From positions 55,790,634 to 55,831,103 of the forward strand of contig NC_068981.1 in the NCBI RefSeq assembly GCF_001194135.2: a stretch of 40,470 bases of DNA, in the 5' to 3' direction. Below the pieces are notes generated by a model, which saw nothing but the letters and a program-made list of their open reading frames with translations, did not search any database and was not told where the DNA came from. Made by a program: the position numbers and the translations under genes. Below, one piece after another: positions 33,421 through 40,470 of the stretch; within the stretch, counting starts at the first letter, position 1; every line of letters starts with the position of its first letter. The stretch is from Octopus bimaculoides (taxonomy: Eukaryota).

Positions 33421-33738
33421 ACAATAAAAAAATTATATCCTACAATCAAAAGACACATTTGCCCAATCCCAGGCAAAATCAAAATCATTGTTATCCTTAG
33501 TGTGACTTTGTAGCAAAATCCTTACCTGGACTCAAATTACTTTCACACATCCTTTGCAAATAGATGCCGCTCCTTTTATTCTTTTATTTTTAAAGTTGAT
33601 TTTTCTTTGTCTCACTTTTTTTCTTTTTTTTTCTTCTTTTTTGTTTTAAATCCTCTCCTTCAAACACTCATATGTCGAAATGGACAGGAGTGACCCTCAT
33701 CATCATCATCATCATTATTATTATTAGTAGTGGTAATA

Positions 33739-33950
33739 AAGGGCAGTGAATTGGTAAAATTGTTAGGGAATCAGATAAAATACCTTGTGGTATTTCTCTT
33801 AGCTCTTTACTTTTTGAGACCGAGATCAGCTTTGCCTTTCCTCTCTCCAAGGTCAATAAAGTAAAGTACAAGTCAAATACAGGTTGATTCAATAAACTAA
33901 TCCTCTCTCCCTAAAATTGCTGGCCCTGTGCCTAAATTAGAAACAATTAT
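33739..33950 (+). mobile_element. tRNA-derived SINE (second family), diverged
   Basis: aagggcagtgaattggtaaaattgttag...gctttgcctttc...aagtacaagt...cctaaaattgctggcc..gtgcctaaattagaaac. Confidence 0.7.
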
Positions 33951-34568
33951 TTGGGTAATATTTGCAATTGAACCACAAATTTGTAAGGAGCATGGGGTAA
34001 TGTCAATTGAATTGACCCCCAATATATGCTAAGTACTTATTGACTCCAAAAGGATAGATAGTATAATATTTCTGATAAGATTTGAACTCAAAGCACAGAG
34101 GGATAGAACTAAATACTGAAAGGCATTTAGTTTGACACATCACTATTTTTTTACCTTTCCATCATAAGCCACTGAGAGAGTCTTTATGTGGTTGCTTTGA
34201 AATAACAACCCCATCTCCTTCAAAATTATACTCCACTGTCTTATTTTAGGACAAAATACATTAAACAATGTAATTACTACATGCTTCAAAAAAGGTGTGA
34301 TGGTCACGAGTGAAATGACTCAGATAAAAGATTTGTTTGCTTCAAGAGGGTTAACCTGGAACTAAACAACAGCTACAACAGACAACAACCATCTATTTCT
34401 TATTTGAAAAATGTTAACATCTCAGAAGTCATAAATCAGGTAAAAGAAACATGTCAAATAAACTTTTTCTAAGTAATGATGGAGATAGCCAAGGCATTAA
34501 TACTCCAACCAGGATACTTTACAATAACTAGATCAATGCCTGATTGTTCAAACTAAATCTTGCCACTG

Positions 34569-34587
34569 AATGTGTGTGTGTGTGAGT

Positions 34588-34632
<45 letters not shown>
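34569..34632. repeat. (TG)n microsatellite
   Basis: Direct inspection. Other (TG/CA)n tracts at 10010-10046, 22836-22958, 24878-24940, 25185-25224 and 28410-28444. Confidence 0.95.
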
Positions 34633-34634
<2 letters not shown>

Positions 34635-36188
34635 GCGGGGTTGATAAAATATACAATAACAATGTACTGAAGTTGACTCCACTAACTATACTGAAATTGG
34701 CCTTGTATTTAGTCAAAAGAAATCTAGGTTATGGTGGAGACTTGTACTTACGCTTATTATAATTAAACAGAATAGATGACTGCAAAGTTATTGTTGCTTA
34801 TATACAAAACAAATAATGGCATTATACCATGTCTTACTTGATCGACTAAAGTTTTCAATAATATTATTTTCTTGTATATTTTTCACAAGAGATTTGATTT
34901 GAAATTGTGTTTTGAGATTTAAAAAAATGTTTATTTTGAATGATAAAGGAATGTCTTATTTTGTTACTTTGCCAATTAATAAAAACACAGTTATTTATTG
35001 AGTTTATTCGTTTGTGTTATCATCAGAATATTTCATCACATCCTATGACCTATCCACTGATAGCTAGAGTATCTCTTCCTATAAAGATTGCTGTACAGAT
35101 CACAGGAGTATCATGATGATAATTGTAATACATAAATCTCAAGCTTTAAAGATCTGTGAACAGAGATGATGCAGATAAGCATAAAAAAATGCTGAAATCT
35201 CTAAAGACAAAAATAGAGAAAAATAAAACAGAGAAAGAAAACTACCTCCATTACCTTTGGTTATAATTTGTTTAGAGAAAATGTGAGGTTTTCTTTAAAT
35301 GATATAATGATATTGGTTAGTAATTGTTAGCATGGAACCTTATTGTTGAAAAAGTTCAAGGATTCTTGAGCTAATGCACATATCAGATAACAATGGTCAA
35401 GTGTTTGCAACAATGGCATCAACACTTATAAAATATTGGCACAATACTTATGCAATATGGTTGATAAGAAATATTCTGAATTGATAACAAGAATAGCAAT
35501 CAATAAATATATATGAGACCTCTTAATATATAAAGACAGCTGTTACTGGATTTGTTTTTCAATGGTCTATGCAAGTCTTCAGACATTACATGAAACAACA
35601 AAGAAAAATATTGATAAAGATAAACAAACAAGCAATCATGTATCTAATAATTTTTCTTTAATAGATATTATTTTTTTCTTGAAACTGAGTTCTGAAATAA
35701 AGATTATTTTTTTGATTTTCAACTCCCTTTTAAAATATGTGCTAAACTATTTTAACCTTTGCTTCCATTATTTATTTAATTATATGTGGTACCAGAATTA
35801 TAGCTCATTAGTTAAACAGCTGGTAAGCACTCCAAAGATTGCTGATCTAAATGTCAGACCTATTCCACACACTAATCATGTATAGGCAGAAATGAGCTGT
35901 TGTAGTACCAACAAGGTAGAGTATGTTGTGAATAATAAACCTTTACTGATGCTTAGCAAAAGTGCTTGCCTTAAGCAAATTCTTGCATGCTACTAGTATG
36001 GAAAATTCAAAAGTAGCTAAAATAAAAGAATGGAAGTAAGATATAAAACCTTCATTACTAAAATTCTGAAAATATTAGACACAGAGAGACACACACATGC
36101 ATGTAACTATAATAAGAAAGAGCTGTGTTGTAAACAGAGTGTTGGTATTTATTGTCTTCTGACAACATGACCATATGTTATAGACATA

Positions 36189-36905
36189 TATTGGGTGATT
36201 CCATAAATAATATGGTTTTTTTAATACTTCTTTTGTTTTTCAAAATTAAGATAAACAAAGTTCTTTTTTAATCTAAAATATACTCTCCTTCATTTTCTAC
36301 AATGCTCTTCCATTTATGTGGTGGACTTGCAAGGCCCCTCTTCCAAAATTCACTTGTGATGAAAAATACTCCTCCAACCCTGTTCTGACCTCGTCTACAG
36401 AATTCATATTTTTCCCATCCAAATGATTTTGAAGACTGCAGAATAAATGATAATCAGATGGGGCAATGTCTGGCGAATGTAGTGGGTGGGGCATCATTTC
36501 CTATTCAAACTACTCCAGCCTTTGGAATGTCATCATTGCTGCATGTGGTTGAGCACTATCCTGATGAAAGACTACTTTTCGTCTTGAAACTAAAGATGGT
36601 CATTTTCTGATGGCCTCCAGGTGTCGATGAATGGCTGAATGACCAAATCCATGCTTCTCTGCTAGTTCCTCAACAGTTACAAAGAGATTTTGTTTCACCA
36701 GGGTTTGCAGGACATCCTCATCCAATTCTACACATCTTTCAGGATGAAACTCATCTTCTAGACTGTAGTTTCTGGACCAGAAGTTCTGGAACCACTGCTG
36801 ATACTGGCTTACACTTATTGTCTGATCCCCATATACTGCATTAATCTTCCTCTCACTTGCCATTGCCTTTATTGAACTCATAAAGCAAAATATGCCAAAT
36901 ATGCG
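36189..36905 (-). mobile_element. Second copy of the 15239 mariner family, internally deleted and 5'-truncated
   Basis: TIR tattgggtgattccataaat at 36189; colinear with 15239-16320 apart from a 362-bp deletion; ends at a junction with RTE sequence. Confidence 0.92.
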
Positions 36906-36906
36906 A

Positions 36907-37673
36907 ATGGCAGTCAAATGTGGACTGTACTGCAAAGGACATGTAAAAGCTTGAAAGAAATGAAGCTAGTATGCTTCACTAGATGTGCAATGTCAGTGTG
37001 CATGAGTGATAGAGCGTGTGTCTTGAGAGAAAAAATGGGCATAAGACGCATCAGATGTGGTATGCGAGAGAGAATGTGCTGGAATGGTCATGTAATGTGT
37101 ATGGATGAGAAGAGAAGTGTAAAGAAGTGTCGATATTTAACTGTGAAGGGAACCTGTAGATGAGGTAGATCCAGGAAGACCATGGGGTGAGGCAGTGAAT
37201 GTTGGGCCTCATGGAGGCGATGACTAGTGACAGAGACCTTTGGCGATATTTTTTGCATGAGAAGACTTGTCAAGCTGCTTAAAATTGTAGTTGCAGCTGT
37301 GGCTGGCATCATGTAAACGGCACCTGTGAAATTGTAATTGTGGCTGCTGCTGGTAGCATAATCTTCAAATGTTGGGCCTCACAGAGGCTATGACAAGTGA
37401 CAAAGACCTTGGCAATATGCTGTGCTTGAGAAGACTCATCAAGCCAACAGTTGCCAGTGTCATGTAAATGGCTCTCATACTGGTGGCACATAAAAAGCAC
37501 CCACTGCACTCTCGGAGTGGTTGGCATTAGGAAGGGCATCCAGCTGTAGAAACTATGCCAAATCAGACTGGAGCCTGGTACAGCTCCCCAGCTTACCAGT
37601 TCCAGTCAAACCATCTAACCCATGCCAGCATGGAAAGTGGATGTTAAGGGATGTTGATGATGATGATGATGAT
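36907..37673 (+). mobile_element. RTE LINE 3' end (ORF2 C-terminus, 3' UTR, (GAT)n tail)
   Basis: GSQMWTV...LREKMGIRRIRCGMRERMCWNGHVMCMDE...VKGTC, homologous to 20520-20800, then the family terminus aagcacccactgcactctcggagtgg...gatgatgat. Confidence 0.9.
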
Positions 37674-37994
37674 CTGTGGCTAAGCTGAAGGTTGAAGAAT
37701 TCACAGTAATATCATAAATTGCTCTTTCTCCTCTTCCACAAACACTCTTCATAGTCTACATGATTTTACCTTTAATCAGGAAGGAAAATAGTATCCATGG
37801 CTCTTTGAAAGGCTTCCCAGAGTAGTGGGAGAGAGAGGGAGATAAGTACCCTCAACTCAATGATCTGACCTGAATGTTTGCAACTAAGTGGATACTGTCA
37901 AAGTTACCCAAGGTACCATATGGAGGTAATAATCTGGACAACAGATTAACTCTGCAAACCAAACAGGCCATGGTGATATTTGAACTCAGAATGC

Positions 37995-38025
<31 letters not shown>

Positions 38026-38040
38026 TGTATGTATGTATGC
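37995..38040. repeat. (TATG)n microsatellite
   Basis: Direct inspection. Confidence 0.95.
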
Positions 38041-38599
38041 ATACATGCAAGCATGCATGTATTAATCAAAATATACAGTGTTATAGACCCTTCAGTTCAT
38101 CTTAGCAATTAGTTTCACATTGCATATTAGGTAACTAGGCTGTTATCTAATACACATGCTCTTCAAAGATGGAAATAAAATGGTGACTGCTCTCTGGTAG
38201 TGGAAGTGAGAAAGTATCACATCCAGTTTGTGGGTGCAGTGAAGAAAAAAAAGGAACACAGTAATGGGAGACAATCGAGAGATTTAACAAGAGTTATGTT
38301 CCTTGGCCCCCTAGATCCAATTGAGCTTGCTGTAATGCAGCAAGTTTCTAGTGAGTAAATGTATGTTGGAGGGGTTGAAGCGGCTGGTGCATGTGTAGAC
38401 TTGATATGTATGTATGTAGGTAGTTTTTTTTTGAGAGAGAGAGAGAGAATTGTGTGGGTGCTTGAACCTTTAATCCCATGTTTGGGTGCATATCTGTATA
38501 TATTTTCATGTGTGCATAGTTTGGCCCAAACCTTGCAACATTCTCAGTATCTGATGATAGGAGGACTAATAGTGGAGGCCCTAGTGTTTATAACCTTGT

Positions 38600-39480
38600 A
38601 GAGGCCTGCAGGTAAACCATCATGTACATTCTATCATTTGGTTATGGGCTGAAAATCTTGTTCCTGCAGTTTAAGTAGATGTTAAGGGGATAAGAATTTT
38701 TTAACAATTTTTTTTCAGCAAGGCATAATCTGCATTTTCTGCTACTATTAAAATAAGGCTTGCATTTCTCCACGATTTTCCACTTGATGTTGTAATCCAT
38801 TGTGTTTCCTTTCTATGACCAAATATTCCTCGCCAGAGATGTGACAGTGTAACTCTCCTGGATATTAAAGGAAGACTCATAGTCATAGCATCTGGTCCTG
38901 AAAGAACCTTCAGCACCCATATACTTCTGCATGTTTGACTACTAGGTGGGGTCCTTTGATATTACTTCTGCCTCATACATGACTATCTCCATGATGCAGT
39001 TGCTGTTAATGGGACGTGTGGTATTACCTCTGCTTGAGCATCCTGCCTCTATTTCAGGCGTGGGCCTACCTACTAACATCTTTTTTTACATTAGGTACAC
39101 AGCTAAAAGAAACTCTTAAGATGTGTATTAAAAATTTTATGGAGCCTATTCATATTGAAGAAAGTATTCATCCACTAAGCTGAGGAAGACATTACCATAC
39201 AAGTTTTTGTGCTTAGGGAGTAGAAGGGTCTGGACTACATTTTCTTGGTGGTGCTTGGATAAGGCATGTAAGTAATGCTATCCTTAAAACTGCTGACAGC
39301 TAGAGCCTTGTTTTAGTATGGAACAGCAACGTTGAAAATTTCTTTACAAGAAGAAATGCTGGAGATCCTTCTGCTGAACCCCTTCACTAAGTTTCTGGTC
39401 ACTGTGGCTGAATGACAGGAAGCTGTGTAAATATATGGTAGCCTGTCATTTGGCTTCCTAAAGGGTGTTTATGTACTGGA
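38600..39480 (-). mobile_element. Penelope-like retroelement: RT thumb, linker and GIY-YIG endonuclease remnant
   Basis: Minus strand with stops and frameshifts: PFRKPNDRLPYI...RRISSISSC...LHKIFN...SFSCVPN...CPINSNC...VMYEAEV...YMGAEGSFRTR...TSLARNIW...DYNIKWKIVEKCKPY...KCRLCLAEK. Confidence 0.85.
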
Positions 39481-39781
39481 TTCCAAGTTGAAGGTCTCTC
39501 TCTCTCTCTCTTCCTCTCCCACCACATATTTTAATGTTTGCTTTTGTGTGAAGTTATATATATAAACAATTTATTTTTAAATTGAAGGATCACTCAACAC
39601 ATCAGCTATGAGCTAATGAAAGCAATTACATAACTCCCATTCATTTATTAATTAATATTACACTTTTTATTGACCTTCTTAGTAGGTAATATGCTGTCAA
39701 ATAGCATATGATAGGTAAAATAAACTTTCAGTTCGAAATCAGACATTTCATTCTTAATGATTTATATATATATATATATAT

Positions 39782-39872
39782 AATAAGAATAGCCTGGGCA
39801 AAGTTTAGAGAGCTCTTACCCCTGNNNNNNNNNNGCTAGCATGGAAAGCGGACGTTAAACGATGATGATGAT
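39782..39872 (+). mobile_element. RTE copy spanning an assembly gap (39825-39834), inserted in (TA)n
   Basis: ataagaatagcctgggcaaagtttagagagctcttacccctg matches 20404-20445. After the Ns comes the family terminus gctagcatggaaagcggacgttaaacgatgatgat, with (TA)n on both sides. Confidence 0.85.
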
Positions 39873-39879
39873 ATATATA

Positions 39880-40090
39880 TTTGAGAAATAAGGATAAACA
39901 CAACACAAATTTATAGTTCCTATGTGCATTTCACTATGTGGCCTGCAATAGGTACTCAAAATGCATTTAGATGCTTAACCACAATGGATCATTCAAATGC
40001 AGTTGGAACACTTACTGCAGGGCTCCAAGCAACCATAACGGTGAAGTGTGCATAGGAACTATAAACTTGTGTTTATCCATATTTCTCATA
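39880..40090. mobile_element. MITE (~210 bp) with ~50-bp terminal inverted repeats
   Basis: Left tgagaaataaggataaacacaacacaaatttatagttcctatgtgcatttcac versus right reverse complement tgagaaatatggataaacacaagtttatagttcctatgcacacttcac; TA-rich flanks; non-coding interior. Confidence 0.8.
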
Positions 40091-40282
40091 CATTTGCTCA
40101 GTAGTTCATAACAAGTAATACTCTTCAGTATAAAAGTTACTTAACTACTATACTGGAAGCAGACAGGATTATGGTAATCTACATGGAGCTCTGAGCATAG
40201 CAATAGCAGTCATACATTTATTTGTACACACAGGTTATATATGTATGTATGTATGTGTTTGTGTGTGTGTGCATGTGCACCG

Positions 40283-40470
40283 TCATCATCATCATCATCG
40301 TTTAACGTCCGCTTTCCATGCTAGCATGGGTTGGACGACTTGACTGAGGACTGGTGAAACCGGATGGCAACACCAGGCTCCAATCTAAATTTGGCAGAGT
40401 TTCTACAGCTGGATGCCCTTCCTAACGCCAACCACTCAGAGAGTGTAGTAGGTGCTATTACGTGTCACCT
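40283..40470 (-). mobile_element. RTE LINE 3' terminus (runs off window)
   Basis: (CAT)n cgtttaacgtccgctttccatgctagcatgggttggacg...ctggatgcccttcctaacgccaaccactc. Confidence 0.9.

Overview
AT-rich, microsatellite-dense eukaryotic DNA whose repeat families point to an octopod cephalopod (Octopus-like; inference). It is not prokaryotic: no operon, CRISPR array, rRNA or tRNA gene was seen. The only host gene I can support is the 3' part of glycerate kinase (GLYCTK, + strand; coding exons 1522-1670, 2223-2398, 6854-7726; the first coding exon lies upstream of the window). The rest is mostly transposon remnants: an RTE LINE family with (GAT)n tails and a PHD-type zinc finger inside its RT, a second BovB-like RTE, two R4/Dong RLE fragments, a CR1/L2-like RT, three Penelope-like pieces (one with a nearly intact minimal hammerhead ribozyme), four Tc1/mariner families, MITE-like foldbacks and several tRNA-derived SINE families. 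There are two assembly gaps (21770-21817, 39825-39834). Almost all entries in the supplied ORF track are translations of microsatellites or TE remnants. The most interesting items are the hammerhead, the PHD-in-RT insertion, a mariner/LINE composite with a junction minisatellite, tandem arrays at LINE junctions, microsatellite-targeted insertions, and an orphan CpG-rich NRF1/YY1-like promoter candidate. TE family calls come from motif recognition by eye, not database searches, and repeat boundaries are approximate.
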